This document shows positions 47,181-61,384 of a DNA stretch of 64,000 bases, in pieces. The notes beneath the pieces are model-generated. The model saw only the letters and a list, made by a program, of their open reading frames with translations. It did no database searches and had not been told where the DNA came from. The stretch's first letter is position 1; each line of letters opens with the position of its first letter. The translations under genes and the position numbers were made by a program. Source of the DNA: Callorhinchus milii (Eukaryota). Location of the stretch: assembly GCF_018977255.1 (NCBI RefSeq), contig NW_024704742.1, positions 124,870,001-124,934,000 on the forward strand, written 5' to 3'.

Positions 47181-48183
47181 CAGTTATCCTCTCTCTACAA
47201 GGAAGAAAGCCCCACTAGATACCTCTCTTTTGGCTGGGAGCTGGAGTACAACAGACTGGGGGAATCATGTCCTTGGTACTAATGCATTGGGAGAAAATGC
47301 ATTGTAGGAAAAGTCCTACATTGTTATCATATCATCAGCAGCTAATTGAATTTGAAAAAGGACAGATGGTGATGTAGTATATTGTCTTTAAGCCAAACTC
47401 AGGATACCAATTTCAGGGCTGCTATGATATGTGCCTCTGAATTACACCAATAAATAGAGCACATCACAATCTTTCAATACATTCAGATGCAAAATTGTAA
47501 AATTGTGCTCTGTTTGAAATGTCCGATTACAATAACCATTTGATCGGTGATCAATTTTGTGGCCAACCAAGCTTATTAGCTTATTAAGTATGAGCTTATT
47601 AAAGTTTGTTTACGTTATTTTAAACTGGCCACTAAGCTATGTTTCTATTCATTGAAGCCTCTCAATTAAAAACAAAATCCACAATTCCCCCATGTCATTT
47701 GGGATATTTCTGCTATTTCCTGGTGTCAGTTACAATGTTTTGGAATTCCTTACCTCAGATTATGACATTGCAGCTTTGAGAATGTATCATTTAAATGCCA
47801 GAGTGGAAGCTCTGGGAAAGATCAGCAAATAATGTGAAGAGGATATTTATTCTATTAGGTTTTTCCTTGATCATGGCTGAAGTGGTCAACCATTGTAGTC
47901 GATTCAATCATATAATTTGATGGTTATCCATAGAGAGAGGCAATGCTTACAGCCAACTCCAGTTAAAACACACCAGCATCAAAATCCAAGAACAAAATAA
48001 TGAAATTCCAATGCAACAAACCAATTCCCATTCACTCTTAGAAGAGTTAGAAGATTTCCAATGTACCACTCAAATGTGGGTCATCATGTTCAGATGGAAA
48101 AAGGAATGGTTTGCAACAGGATTTACTAATAGTGATTCACAATAACTAAGGGGGAAACCTACCAGTAAACAATTGTACATTGT

Positions 48184-48502
48184 GGAGTCTTGTAGCTCAG
48201 TGGTTAGAGCACTTGCTTTGCAAGTGAGAGACCTGAGTTCAATTCCAGGCAGAGGGCGAAACCTTGGGCAAGTTTCCTTACTCCACACGCCTAATAATAA
48301 TCCCTCCAAAACCAAAAACTATAATAAATTGGTAATTTTCAATCTACGACTGTTTGTGGGACATTGCTGTGCGCAATTGTCTGCCGCATTCGCCCACAAA
48401 TATACAGTTAATTCACTTTACAGTGTGTTCTGTGAAGCACTTTGGGATGTCCTCCCGACGTGAAAAGCGCTATATCAAATGCAAGGATTATTATTATTAT
48501 TA
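48184..48502 (+). mobile_element. Young tRNA-Ala-like SINE (CTCCC-loop tail)
   Basis: Full length, colinear. Confidence 0.95.
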
Positions 48503-48809
48503 CATCTCTCCGACTTGTGCGATCCCTATGATCTATATCAGGCTTTTGGGAACATGCATCCTATGAGTTGTGTGTGACATCCTACCAGTTACCAATGTCT
48601 TATGATAAATAATAAAAGTCCTTGCATTTGATTTGGTGCCGTTCACATCTCAAAGTGCTTCACAGGATATATGTGATATATAACATATTTTAAATAACAT
48701 ATTATAATATATATTACAATATACAATATATTTTATCAAAGTTGTATATGCTTCACTCCACTCTACCAGCCTCATTATTGTCAGTCGGGCTTTCAACTTA
48801 TCTGCTCCC

Positions 48810-49045
48810 ACTCTCTGGAACTGCAGTCAGAAATCTCTTTGACTTTTCCCTCCCTTACCTCTTTCAAGGTCTCAACATATTCAAGACCTACCTCTTTGAC
48901 CACTCCTTCGGTGACCTTTCCCCTCCCTAACCTCTTGGGCTCCCACCCCCAGATTAGGTGCCAAGCCGGGACTGTCCAGCTCCTTAGGACGTCTTCCTGA
49001 TGTGAAAAGCGCTATATAAATATAAATTTGTATTGTATTGTACAG
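48810..49045 (+). mobile_element. L2 3' fragment
   Basis: TTCAAGACCTACCTCTTTGACC...GGACGTCTTCCTGATGTGAAAAGCGCT, (TTGTA)n tail. Confidence 0.75.
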
Positions 49046-50479
49046 TACAGTGTCTTGACTGCAATTTTTGTAAGAAAACACGGCAGCCAATGGACGCAAA
49101 TAGCCATGAAGTGAACGCCAAGGGCCCTTTAACTTCACCTTGAACCACCAGAACTAGCAGAGATCTTCAGTTTAACATCTCATCTGAAAGGATGGAATAC
49201 TGTTCAACAGTTCATTTGTTCAAGGTAATTTGACCTAGGCTACTTGATGACCAGCGACAGGGTGGCACAATTTTTTGTTCTGGAAGTGCTCCATTTATCA
49301 GTGATCAATAATGTATTGATCATCGTGCTGATTAATAACCATCACCAGGGGTTATTAACCTCACTAATGAAGTAGAAAATGAAAAAATCAGTAAGTAAGA
49401 CATATGATGCTGAAATACAATGAATTGTACAGGTATCACTTATGCCTAGTTGATCTTACATGATTTTGTCTTCTTCCTCTAATGGATCGTGGTGACTTTT
49501 TAATGTAACTCTTACTCATTCTGAAAGCCTTTTTGTCGGATCACAGTTTTCCATCACATTCATTTTGCTGTATCTATAAGCTGCTGATTCAATCTCGCAA
49601 AAGTTGAGCTTTTTTTTTCAAATGCCAGTTGCATTTCAATAACTCAATGATAGAAACAACAGTAGGTTTCTTCAAACTTTCTTAGTTTTAACAAAATGGG
49701 ATCTGTTATTTGGTGCATTCTCACAGGATTCCTTAATAAGGATAATGAAAGCTTGCACGCCAATTGATTGGAACAGAGCCTGATCAGATCTACTGCTGGA
49801 GTAGATTTCCCGTAGGTCAGTAGGTCCTGGGTGATGTACTTCTAGACCTCCCTCAGATTCTTCATTTAAAAATCATGTTAGAAATCATTACATGTCAGTC
49901 TTTACAGCACAATGTATAAGTTTCCAAAGTGACGAAAATAAATACAACACAATTCATATTTATATAGCGCATTTCATAACGGGTGAATGCTTCAAAGCAT
50001 CATATTGTAGGCTTTAAACTGCATATTGTAAAATTATACTGTATACTGTAAAATTTGGAATATGAGTCACATGAGATGAACAATTAATTCCCTCACGTGC
50101 CAGCATTTTGCTAAAGTTACTGCATGTTTGTAGCAATACATATTTCGCTCATAATTACAGAAAAGAAAATGAGCTGCCTGTTCATTGAATTCTCCGTCAG
50201 TTTAAGTGGAAAATTTGTTTTTCCTCATCAGATGGTAGCTTTTGAAAGGATATGCGTACTAACGTTTTATCAATACAGACCAGATCATTTATACTTCTTT
50301 AAGGTGCATTATAGCGAGATTATTTTATATAGTTTTTTTCAATCATAATGTAATTAGGGCTGTGACAACCAAATTAATGTTATACTGTGCTTTAAAAGCA
50401 AGTGCATCGATTGTCTCCATTCAGTGATATGAAATGTCAGGTCATACTTACTCTTACTTTTAAAGAAATCTAGAATAAC

Positions 50480-50912
50480 AGGAGGTTGAGAGTGAGTTAC
50501 AGAAATAGCTTAATTGAAGGTAATCGTAAACTTCATAGAATGATTAGTTGTTTATGATTATTTGAAAATTATGAAAGGATTCGATAAGGTGAACACTAAT
50601 AGATTTCTACTTGTTGGTGTGCCCAAAACAAGGGGGCATAAATATAAGGTAGACAGTAACAGATTTAAAAGGGAGTTTAGGAGGAACTTCTTTATGCAGA
50701 GAATGTGGTAAGAATGTGGAACTCACTAACAGAAACTCTGGTTGTAGCAAAAAGCATCAACATTTGTAAGAGCAATCCTGATGCATAAATGAGAGAGAGG
50801 GAAATAAAGTGTTACAGGAGAGGGGACTAGGAGGGGTGGAATATAAATACTGGCACAGACTATTTAGGCCTAATTGCGTGTTTCCATGCTGTAACAGTTC
50901 ATTTAATTCTAT
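50480..50912 (+). mobile_element. Degraded CR1 3' fragment
   Basis: GGAGGTTGAGAG...GAAAGGATTCGAT...GGGGGCATAAAT...GGAGGAACTTCTT...GAATGTGGAACTC. Confidence 0.8.
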
Positions 50913-51472
50913 ATACATTGACTCACAGGTCTGAACAGACACACACACACATCCTCAAAGTACACCAAGCACGAGTTTTCCTGGACCCCTAAGTTGGTTT
51001 ACCTCTATTACACTCTCTGATGGAATTTGAATGGTAGAGGACAGGATCACATTGACAACTATTTTTGCTACTCTGAGAGATAATCTGCAAACTCTACTTG
51101 CGCAAAGATAACCTTGTTCCTGCTGAATGTTGAATAGACCTTCAGTGCTCTGAGCACAACACTGCAGCTCTTCTAGTAACCGTGCTCCTGGGGATGTTGG
51201 GGTGTGATGGATGTAAATAAGGTCTCCTTAGAGCTGAGCTGGCTCCCAGCCAATGGGCTTGGCAATGGAATGTCAACATGATATCAATCATCTGTGGCGG
51301 TCTCGGTTCCTGAACCAGGCAAGTCCTTGGTACTGCAGGGCATCACTAGCTAGCCAGCCTTCTTCATCAGCTCAGCTGGATTTGGAGTGTCAGGGCACAG
51401 GGATTGTTCCACTCAGCTCCTATTAACTCTGCAAGCCACAGATATCGTGGTCCTAGCTGGACAAGTAATGGG

Positions 51473-51789
51473 ATAATAATAATAATAATCCTTGCATTTG
51501 ATATAGCGTTTTTCACATCTTCTAGACGTCCCAAAGCGCTTCACAGAATATACTGTAAAGTGAATTGACTGTATATTTGTGGGCGAACGCGGCAGCCAAT
51601 TGCTCACAGCAGTGACCCACAAACAGTCGTAGATTGAAAATGACCAATTTATTATTGTTTTTTTTGAGGGATTATTATTAGGCTCTGTGTGGAGTAAGGA
51701 AACTTGCCCAAGGTTTCGCGCTGCCTGGAATTGAACTCAGGTCTCTCGCTTGCAAAGCGAGCGCTCTAACCACTGAGCTACAGGACTCC
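51473..51789 (-). mobile_element. Young tRNA-Ala-like SINE (TAGAA-loop tail)
   Basis: Full length rc. Confidence 0.95.
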
Positions 51790-53959
51790 ACTAGTGCTCT
51801 CCAGACAGTGCTCTCAAGGACAAGCTACATGGTTTTAGATTGTTAACTTCCAGTAGTACCCCAACGCAGACTCTGGTATAGATAGTACAACCCTATTGCT
51901 CATAGGATTACAGATTGATAAGCACAACATGTATACAAATGACTTTTCATCTTTATTTTGCAGCTGGCAAAGTCAATGAACACACAACCTTTTCACAATT
52001 TATCGTATGTTTACTTCTGAACAACCCAACACTATCACTGCCTGCCTTACCAGCACCTATTAAAGGTTGGCAAGTGACTCCACCAATAATACCATGCACA
52101 GAGCACTCAGCACTGAAAAGAGTGACTCAATTACCTGGACAAGAAACATCTGCTGCCTGAGAAAGGAAATTTGCCTCAGCCAAGGGGTCTTCAGAGATTG
52201 ATCTTGTCAATCCACAATACTATTGTGTAAATACATCCATGATAAAATGCTGGCAGGCAGTGAGAATGGTCTCACATTTCAACAGCCCACAGCTGCAGTG
52301 TAGAGAGGAAAAGGTGTCAAATGGGGAAAGATGCATTTTAGCATTTTAGCACATTTCAGCCACAAACCAAAAATGTCAGTGAATGTATAACACGGTTACA
52401 AAGATATCTCTTTTTTGGGTTTGGTAATGTTGCCTCTTGGGATAGGGGTGGTGTGGGGTAGGAATAGATCAAAATATTCCTTAATACAAATAAGGACATT
52501 GCTGATGAATTTCTACATGGTTTCTGTAGTTTAATAATTATACATGAAAAGAGTGTATAATGCAATGTTTCATAACAGATTCAATGTGATCACTTCACCC
52601 CATGGCTGTTTCTGTGACATTGCTGTACTCAAAATTGGCCGCTACATTTACCTACGATGTATACAGTCACTACTCTTGACAGTGTATCCTGTATTCACCC
52701 AACATGAAACAACGACAACTTGCATTTATATTGACGCAGGATAACGTTTGGAGCACTCAAAATTATCTTGTGAAAGAAACAACAGATGCAAGGATTGTTA
52801 TTTATTATTATAATTATTATCATAATAATAATAATTCTTGCATTTGATATAGCGCCTTATCACATCTTCTAGATGCCTCAAAGTGCTTAATCATCATCAT
52901 TATTATGTTATTGCAGTTAAATCAATCCATACAGGTGATAGGTCAGTTGGACCAATAACACTGCCACTTTACATATGAATGGATGTTATTTTTCTTAGTT
53001 AGTTTGAACTTCCTAAAATAGCTACTTTTTGCAGGAGGTTGATATTTTGTTCACCAGGTAATTTATCAAACTATTTCTGAATAATCTTATTCACAGTCCC
53101 AGTTACACCAATGATTTTAAGAATTATGCTTGTTTTATACTGACTGTCATTATTATTTTATTATTATTTCAAAAATCTGTTACAGAAAAAACTGCGGGAA
53201 CATCACTCTGAAGGTAGAAGCCAAGCTCCCTTGAATCGATGAGACATACTGCTGGGCTCTTTCTTAAGAAATCCTGCTAGAAATTGACTCACATTAGATC
53301 TCAAAGTATAGATCAGAGTGAGTGTCGTAGTTAGCCAAAAGACTCATCTTAGTCACCTCTGAGTTCCATTGTCTCTCATCCCAAAAGTAGCAGAAAACAT
53401 TTTCGTTCTGGTCACAGTTAAAGGCACTATTGATTTGAGTCATAAAAAATTGCTATGGGAGAATGTGCAATGCCATTTTCTTTTTTTTCTGCATTTAGTT
53501 TCAAAGCTGTCATTGCCAAACTGATACAGGAATTAAATAATCCTTCAATTACTGTGTGAAGCCATCAGGAGACCACATTGGGTTAACTCTTATGAGACTG
53601 AAAGTCTGCACCCCAGCCTGGCTAATGTACTGAGCTCTGCTGCTGACACGTGACATGGTGTCTGGTACCACCACACAATGTGAAGTTAGAAAAAAATGTT
53701 CTTCTCATCAGTACGGCATTTACTCTATCTTAATGAACAGTCAAACTGTCCAGATATAATGGGAAACAAGTACATGCATTGCAAGATAAAAGATATACCT
53801 AGTACGTAAGCTCATTACAAGATAAAAGGCATTTATATTACGAAAGTTAAATGAATAAGAGAAATAAAGCAAAAAGGCCATTGGGAAACTGAAGAGGAGT
53901 AAGTATAATATTGTGCTGAATTGCATTACAATTTTCCATACGTTCAAATCAATCTGATC

Positions 53960-54357
53960 TTTTTAAACATATTATTTGACAGGAATTACTATGAAGTGTA
54001 CTGACTGTATTTTGAAAGCGGCAGCCAGTTTGCGCACAGCAAAGTCCCACAAACAGTATGTGACCAATATTAAACCTGATAATTGTTGGCCAGGGCACTG
54101 AAAGAAATTCCCTTCTCTTTTCAAGTAGTACCATGGGATCTTTAACATGCACCTGAACAGGCAGGCAGGACATTGAGTTCCTTGGTTTAACATTTCATCC
54201 AAAGCACAGCACCTCCAACAATGAAATATACTCCCATCACTGCATTGGAGTATCAACCTAGACTAGACAATGTGAGTTTAATGTCCTGATATGGGGCTTG
54301 AACCCACAACCTTTTGACTCTGAGGCAAGAATGCTACCAACTGAGGGAGTTTGACAC
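53960..54357 (-). mobile_element. Old DeuSINE-like SINE
   Basis: CCATGGGATCTTTAACATGCACCTGAACAGGCAG; head GGGGCTTGAACCCACAACC. Confidence 0.85.
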
Positions 54358-55209
54358 CTGAATGCTGTGCATCATTGAACATGAGTGTGTTAACACTGTT
54401 GTAATCTAATATTTCACTGCCTGTGTGTTAGGCTCCATGCGAGATAAAAGGTTTATAATTCCTCCTCATGAGAACATTTTATTTGTGTGTCTTTAAAAAA
54501 AAGACTGATCATCATGGATTTCTCTGCACTGCTCTGCCTTTTGTCAGAATTCCTTTCCAAGTGTCACTTGCTTCGAAAGGTTCCTTTTCAGTACAGTAAG
54601 AGCGAAACATGCTTTGCTAGTCCAGGACAGAAGTGGTATGTGTTATGGCAGGTACAATGAGAAATGTTCCCCTGTGTCAGATAAAATAATGAGTGATGGT
54701 GATCACTATAAACAGTTGGACAATGTTTGACTGCATAGCTGGTGGTCCCAGTTTGCGACAGCCTATACATGTGTTTTATTTCTTACCACCTTTCAAAGTG
54801 AATCTGAAAGCATTTCTGTGTTTTGAAATGTGTAAAAGTTTATGAGGAATTTTTAAAAAATAAAATTCATGTCGCTATGCTGGATGCAACTCCATTGACT
54901 GACTATGCCTGTCATGTAGCTATGTCATATCACATTGGACTGAAACATAAGGGGTTCATATATGGTTTCCTTGCTGACATTAGCAGATATGTAACTGTGC
55001 TGATCCATGTCTTAAATACAGGACTTGGTACTAACAAATAATTATGTGCTACTCATTCCTCCTCTAAATCCACAGGTAAAATCTAGTGCAAAAAAAGTCC
55101 AATTGAGCTTGTTTAATGCTTTATCAAAGTTGTTACGTAAATACGGGTCAATAAATTGCAGATACCACGTGGAAGGCTCCAAAGCAATAATGTGGTGTTT
55201 AAACTGAAT

Positions 55210-55590
55210 TTACATAGAATTATATGGACCGTACAGCACAGAAACAGGCATTTTGCTCAATCTGGATGTACCAGTGTTTACTCCACATAAGTCTCCACCC
55301 GTCCTGAATCCCATCTCCCATGCATATCTTCTATTCCCTTCTCTCTCATGTAATTATTGAGTTTCTTCTTAAATGTATTGAGGCTTTCTGTTTGTATGTC
55401 CTGAAATTGCTATTTTCACCCCTATACCTATGTCCTCTGCTCCTGGCAGTGAGTTTCACATTCTGACCACTCTTCTGTGTAAAGAAGTTCCTTCTAAACT
55501 CTCTTTCAGATCTGGCTGCTCACGATCTTATATTTATGCCCACTTGTTATGGACTTGTCAACAAGTGGAAAAAGGCTATTTGTATCAACC
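55210..55590 (-). mobile_element. Degraded CR1 3' fragment
   Basis: ACAGCACAGAAACAGGC...CACATTCTGACCACTCTTCTGTGTAAAGAAGTT. Confidence 0.75.
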
Positions 55591-55619
55591 TTACATCATT
55601 TTATGGTGCTCCAGCATAA

Positions 55620-56175
55620 AGCATTACACTCAGCAAAACATTTAGAGAACCAGCAAGGTCTAAATATAATCTCATCTCCTTTGTAACCAAGTATACACAA
55701 TTCATGTTGGTGTGGTTGAGTCAAAGCTCTTTTGACCACAGAGGCAAAGCAGGGAAATTATTGGCCAGACAGTTAAATCATGCAAAAGCAATGGCACCAG
55801 TGCTGGCAATTAGGAATAAGAAGGGGAACAGCAGACTGACCCCCATTAAGATAAATGAAGAATGCCAGTGGTTTAAAAGACTTCTTTATCAATTCAAATC
55901 TTCTGCCAGAACTCCTGAGTTTCAAATGTTTGAAGAAACCAACATTAGACACAACTTCTACACAATACATGGGATCATTCTATAGATCCTGCAGAGGTAG
56001 AATGACCAATAAGAACCATGCGAGGAAGGGGAAATATTTACAGTATGTCTCTGCAGGAGAATTGTATAAGAGATTTTTGCCCAAATTAAGCTCAGTATTA
56101 CTGAAAGTGTTTGTATAGATGCAGGATACTAAAATCTCTGGTAAACTTAATGTGACCTTTATTTTGATATCAATA
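55620..56175 (+). pseudogene. Ancient L1-clade LINE ORF2 remnant (linker between endonuclease and RT)
   Basis: KYNL...FDHRGKAGKLLARQL...AIRNKKGN...PIKINEE and, in another frame, ELYKRFLPKLSSVLLKVF, resembling fish L1 motifs YEHGEKAGKLLAWQL and EFYKKF..LSPLL. Confidence 0.7.
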
Positions 56176-56189
56176 TTACAAAGCCCTCA

Positions 56190-56594
56190 TTCTTACCTTC
56201 AAGGCCCTACACAGTCTTGCTCCCCCCTACCGCTCCGACCTCATAAGCCCATATCAGCCTGTCCTTTCCCTCTGCTCGGTGGACATCGGCCTGCTTCAGA
56301 TGCTCTGCACTTCCCGCCTCACCATTGGCGGTTGGGCCTTCAGCCTTTATGCCCCCATCCTCTGGAACTCCATCCCACATTCCCTTCACCTCACTCCCTC
56401 ACTTACCTCCTTCAAAGCACTTCTCAAAATCCTCCTTTTCGACTGAGACTTCGACCATCCTCCTACCCTTCCTGCCCTCCACTCTCCCCGATCCTGACGC
56501 CCAGCTTGGATCCAAACCCATGACTGTCCAGCACCTTGGGATGTCCTCCTGATGTGAAAGGTGCTCTACAAATGTAATTTTGTATTGTATTGTT
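56190..56594 (+). mobile_element. L2 3' fragment
   Basis: TTCAAGGCCCTACAC...ACCATTGGCGGTTGGGCCTTCAGC...TGGAACTCCATCCC, tail. Confidence 0.88.
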
Positions 56595-56730
56595 TATCCT
56601 AAAATTGCGCTTTCCTACCTTAAACCTATGTCCTCTTGTGCTACTGTCTCGCTGGATCTGAAAGTATTGTTCTGCACTTACATTCTCAATCCCATTTAAA
56701 ATGATAACCACCTCTTCAAGCTCCTGAAAC
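56595..56730 (-). mobile_element. CR1-like fragment
   Basis: ILNGIENV...STRGHRFKV. Confidence 0.6.
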
Positions 56731-57059
56731 ACATTTTTTCAGCGCTGTTGAAGTGGGGAGAAGAAATGAAACTTTACTTCATCACTGTTAATGTTCAGCA
56801 ACTAGCAGTGTAAAAATAACTATTTCTACATGTCTCTATGTATTACTAGATTTGCCAGCAGATACTGTGGGACAGGGATATGTACGGTGCTATACAGCTG
56901 TGTAATTCTATTACCTCCCACCAGAATTGGGTGATCTTGGAAAAAAATAGGCAGATCCCTCTGGGCAAAGCATTTCAATTTGAATGTAAAATGATAAAGG
57001 GTGACGGGGGTGGTGGGGAGAAGAACAATGCAGCTTGCTCATTCTGACATATTTCCCTT

Positions 57060-57178
57060 CAATATCTCTCAATGCTGGAACTTGTTTATATTCAACCTTA
57101 ATTTGGAATCAGGTTTCGTTTTAAGAACTATGGAAAACTAGATTCCAAATTAAGATGGAATTTAAGAATTTTCCATTA
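57060..57178 (-). repeat. Unclassified repeat fragment with 14-bp perfect hairpin
   Basis: CTTAATTTGGAATC (57097-57110) / GATTCCAAATTAAG (57141-57154); rc aligns to 18728-18820. Confidence 0.65.
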
Positions 57179-58596
57179 TTCAGTAGCGACCTGATGGCCT
57201 GGAAGTCGTCTTTTTTTTTAGTGTGGGAACCTTGCTTTCCACGTACCGATGTCTGGGCGTACGTGCAGTAAAATCAGCAATCATGGCCTCGTTATAACGT
57301 GGGTTGTGAAGGTTAGACAGCGCCATTTAGTGTCCCGGAGAAATGAGCGTCAAGCCACATCAAGAATTGATAATGGAGTCAGAGTATGGTAGTTAGGAAC
57401 ACATCATATGTTGAAATTCATAAGAAATAATATTCAAGCTGCCATGCCACAGCACAGGCTGATAGGGAACTAATGTGAAACTTGCTGTATTACTGTAATC
57501 TTTAAAGGTCAGCTAGCTTATTTCACTGTATTAGCTGCTGTGCTACAATCCCATGGGACTCCATCCATTAGCTTGGCAGTTCAGAGATGCAAACAATTTA
57601 GGTCTTTATTGCTCGAATGGAGCTTGTTGGACGAATTAAAATTCTACTGAAGTTACCTGATGTGGAAACTCAGCATTAATTCTAATATTTGCTTTGCTAC
57701 AGGAGAAGATTACAGTCACTCTTTTTGTTTTAATGGTAACCTTTGCCATGTGATACAGGGACTTGTTTTTAAGTTTCAACTGTTTTAGTGGCTGTTTTGT
57801 TTTAATTGAGGAAATCTAGATAAAGAGTCAAAAGGTAAAGCACAGAACAATTACTACTTGACTTTGATAATGCCATTCTCATAGAAAAATGTCTCAAACC
57901 ACTTCACAGAGACGGAGTGGGAGTCCGAATTAGGTGGGAGACACAGAGTGGAGGAGGGGACGTCCTCCCGACGTGAAAGGCGCTCTATAAATGCAATCTT
58001 GTTGTTGTTGAGGGGGGGAGTGGGGGGGGGAATTTGTGTGGAGGTGGCCATAAGTAGTGCCAAAGCGCAAAGTTTTGAAAGGGAATGAAGGAGATGGAGG
58101 AAAAGAGTTCCAGAGAATAGGGGCAGAATGGCTATAAGTTCACTCCTGATGGGGAAGGAGGGTGCTGGTGGGGGGGCATGAAGCAAAACTGCGATTGTGG
58201 AGCTATCATCTTTCCCCTCCCAATCCCCCTCGGCTCCCATTCCCAGTGCTATTAAACGCCTTGGGACATCTTACCACCATGAAAGGTGAGAGGATATAAA
58301 TTTACATTTACAAATGTAAATTTGTATCATGTTGTATTGTAATGTGATCGCAGGCAGACCAAGTTAATTCCTGTGAAGAGCTCTGAGACGTCATCCTGAT
58401 GTGAAATGTGCTATATTAAGGATTATTTTTATATTTTGTAAATAGTGAATCAGATGAAAATGTAACATGAGTCAAACCTTTCTGCTCCTATGCCCATAGT
58501 AAGTCATCCTGTGTGCCACACAGAGTTTTACTGTCCTTTCCTAACACTGAAAAAATCCTAGTGCTAGCTTGTTCTCTGGTGCTAACTATTTTAGCA

Positions 58597-58909
58597 GGAG
58601 TCCTGTAGCTCAGTGGTTAGAGCACTTGCTTTACAAGTGAGAGACCTGAGTTCAATTCCAGGCAGGGCGAAACCTTGGGCAAGTTTCCTTACTCCACACG
58701 CCTAATAATAATCCCTCAAAAAAACAATAATAAATTGGTAATTTTCAATCCATAACTGTTTGTGGGACACTGCTGTGCGCAATTGGCTGCCGCGTTCGCC
58801 CACAAATATACAGTCAATTCACTTTACAGTATATTCTGTGAAGCGCTTTGGGACGTCTAGAAGACGTGAAAGGCACTATATCAAATGCAAGGATTATAAT
58901 TATTATTAT
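58597..58909 (+). mobile_element. Young tRNA-Ala-like SINE (TAGAA-loop tail)
   Basis: Full length. Confidence 0.95.
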
Positions 58910-61062
58910 TTAACCCCAATTCCCTTTTCCCCCCTTGTTATAACAATTCTTGCAATTGATCTCGTGTCTGAAATGTGCAAACGTCTCAAAGGTAATTACT
59001 GTCAAGTGGTGTTACTGTGTATTTGACTTGCACCCTTTCAATTTGTTCCTCTTGCACACATTTATTTTCAGCACATATTTTCATAGGCTGCTGGAAAAAT
59101 AAAATAGTTCATTGTTACTTTTTGCTTTGTAATATTTTCCATTCATAACACTTGTAATATTGATGGACATTTTCACATCTCCCCTACCCTCTGGCTTTCG
59201 CCCACGTTGCTTGCTATTGTTCCAGATGATGAAGGAATATTGACACTGGTATTTACTTGAAAAATATGCAAGCATATTTTTACTGGGGAACAGTCTGGGA
59301 TTGAACATCTAGACTGCAAATCCCTACCTGTCACATTAATGTATTTAAGAAGAAACTTAATGCACAAAAGGGAGAAGGAAACATACCAACAATGGAACAA
59401 GAGGGCATAGGTTTGGAGTTGTAAAGGGCAATTTTAAGACAGACACCATGGGATTTTTTTCTTCATTCAGAGGGTAATTAACAACTGGAACAGGTTGTCT
59501 GAAGGCTGATTGAGACAATATACTCATTTAAAAAGCAGCTTAATGCTGTGATAGTATAAGAGAAGGATGAGTGTTCTGAAAGGTAAGATAGACCATAGGG
59601 CCTTCTTCAACCAAACCAATCTTGTGATCGTTTGAAACTGTGATTAGTAGAGGAGATTAGAAAGGTCGAAGTTTATAAACACCGGCACCGACACCAGATC
59701 TTTAATGGCCACCTAAACAGTCAGGCATTAAGCTCAGTAAACTCAAGTCCCCTGGTGTAAATTGAAGGCATTTTCTCCCAGTGTTCCGGCTGACAATCCT
59801 CCAAATAAAAAAATATTCATTCACTTCATGGCTGTTTGTGGGGCATTTCTCTGTGCAAATTGGCTGCCACCCACAAAATACATATTCATTCTGTTTTACA
59901 GAGATGATCCATTCTTAATGTATAAAAAAGACAGGTAGACAAACAGGAAAAAAGATAATGCAGATTTATAACAGGATTTATTTATATTGCTGAATAGGGA
60001 AGGAACTAAGATATCCGGTACATTTACATATAATAGCCAGCAGTGTTAGTTTACTTCAAAATACCCTTGATATTGACTGTTAATAATAAATTGAAAGTGT
60101 AAACTAATCTTAAGTAAACTTCCCCTTATCATTTATGTACTTCAGGATTCCAGTTTATTGGAAACTCAAATAATTGGGAAATAATATGAAACAATTTTTA
60201 TTTATTTTTATTTTTATGATGCCAATTAAAGTAAAAGCTGTCAGCATGCAACTTAAACCATCTCAACTACATCTTAAAACAAGCAACTGACACTTTGGGC
60301 TTGGTCTTAACTTTTATAACAACAGCTTGCTTTTTTTATATAGCAATGGTGCAAGTTACATTTAATCAGTTTCTTTAAGGCAAGCAGACGGTATTGTATT
60401 TCTTTTAAAGCCTGGAAATGGTTCATTTTGCAAGTTTCTGACTTATGCATAATTAAAGAAAAATTACAGATGAATCCTAACTAGTTCACTGGATATTCCA
60501 GATCTGTTCTACTTAAATCAGCTTTTCTAAAACCCTGCAGATGAAAATGTCCTGCCTACAAATTTTGTATTTGCACCGCAGCCTAATCAATTGTTCAATC
60601 AACAATCCAATCCAAACAATAGAATAGATCTGACCTGGCTGTGCTGTACAAATCTAGGATGTATAATTAGGCAACATTTTATGTCTGCATTGAAAATTCT
60701 ATTAAATGGAAATGAATGAAATATGCTGTTTTTTTGGTGAGTGGAAACCCCTCATCAACAGCAGTAACAACAATTGCATTTATATAGCTTCTGTTATCCA
60801 GGGAAGCATCTTGGAGCTGTGTGCTCCATCACTATGTTTAAGAGTATCCAAACTAGATGGAGAGTTCCACATATGTATGTCACCTGCACAAGGAAACTTC
60901 CCTTTGTGCATTCTCTCACCATGGGGCTGGACCTATTCTGAATTTGGTAATATCTTTGACTGTGCTTTCAGTCATCATCCCTTTTCCCACCCGTTGTTTC
61001 CTACCTCTAGCTTGGATGTGAAGCCAGTACTGTTAAGCGCCTTGTGAAATCCTCCTGACCTG

Positions 61063-61384
61063 AATAATAATAATAATAATAATCCTTGCATTTGATATAG
61101 CGCCTTTCACGTCGGGAGGACGTCCCAAAGTGCTTCACAGAACACACTGTAAAGTGAATTGACTGTATATTTGTGGGCGAACGCGGCAGCCAATTGCGCA
61201 CAGCAATGTCCCACAAACAGTCGTAGATTGAAAATGACCGATTTAATTATTGTTTTTGGTTTTTGGAGGGATTATTATTAGGCGTGGAGTAAGGAAACTT
61301 GCCCAAGGTTTCGCCCTGCCTGGAATTGAACTCAGGTCTCTCACTTGCAAAGTGAGTGCTCTAACCACTGAGCTACAGGACTCC
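61063..61384 (-). mobile_element. Young tRNA-Ala-like SINE inserted in an L2-type tail hairpin
   Basis: Flanks TTAAGCGCCTTGTGAAATCCTCCTGACCTGAA and AAGGGCGCTATACAA rejoin as an L2 3' end. Confidence 0.93.

Noticed and set aside
47754..47811. Minus-strand 58-nt exon candidate (TCTTTCCCAG|...GAG|GTAAGG)
   Set aside because: Two frames have stops, the third is unrecognisable, and the length shifts frame
55052..55081. Recursive-splice-like CAG|GTAAA
   Set aside because: Weak donor and interrupted pyrimidine tract; host gene strand unknown
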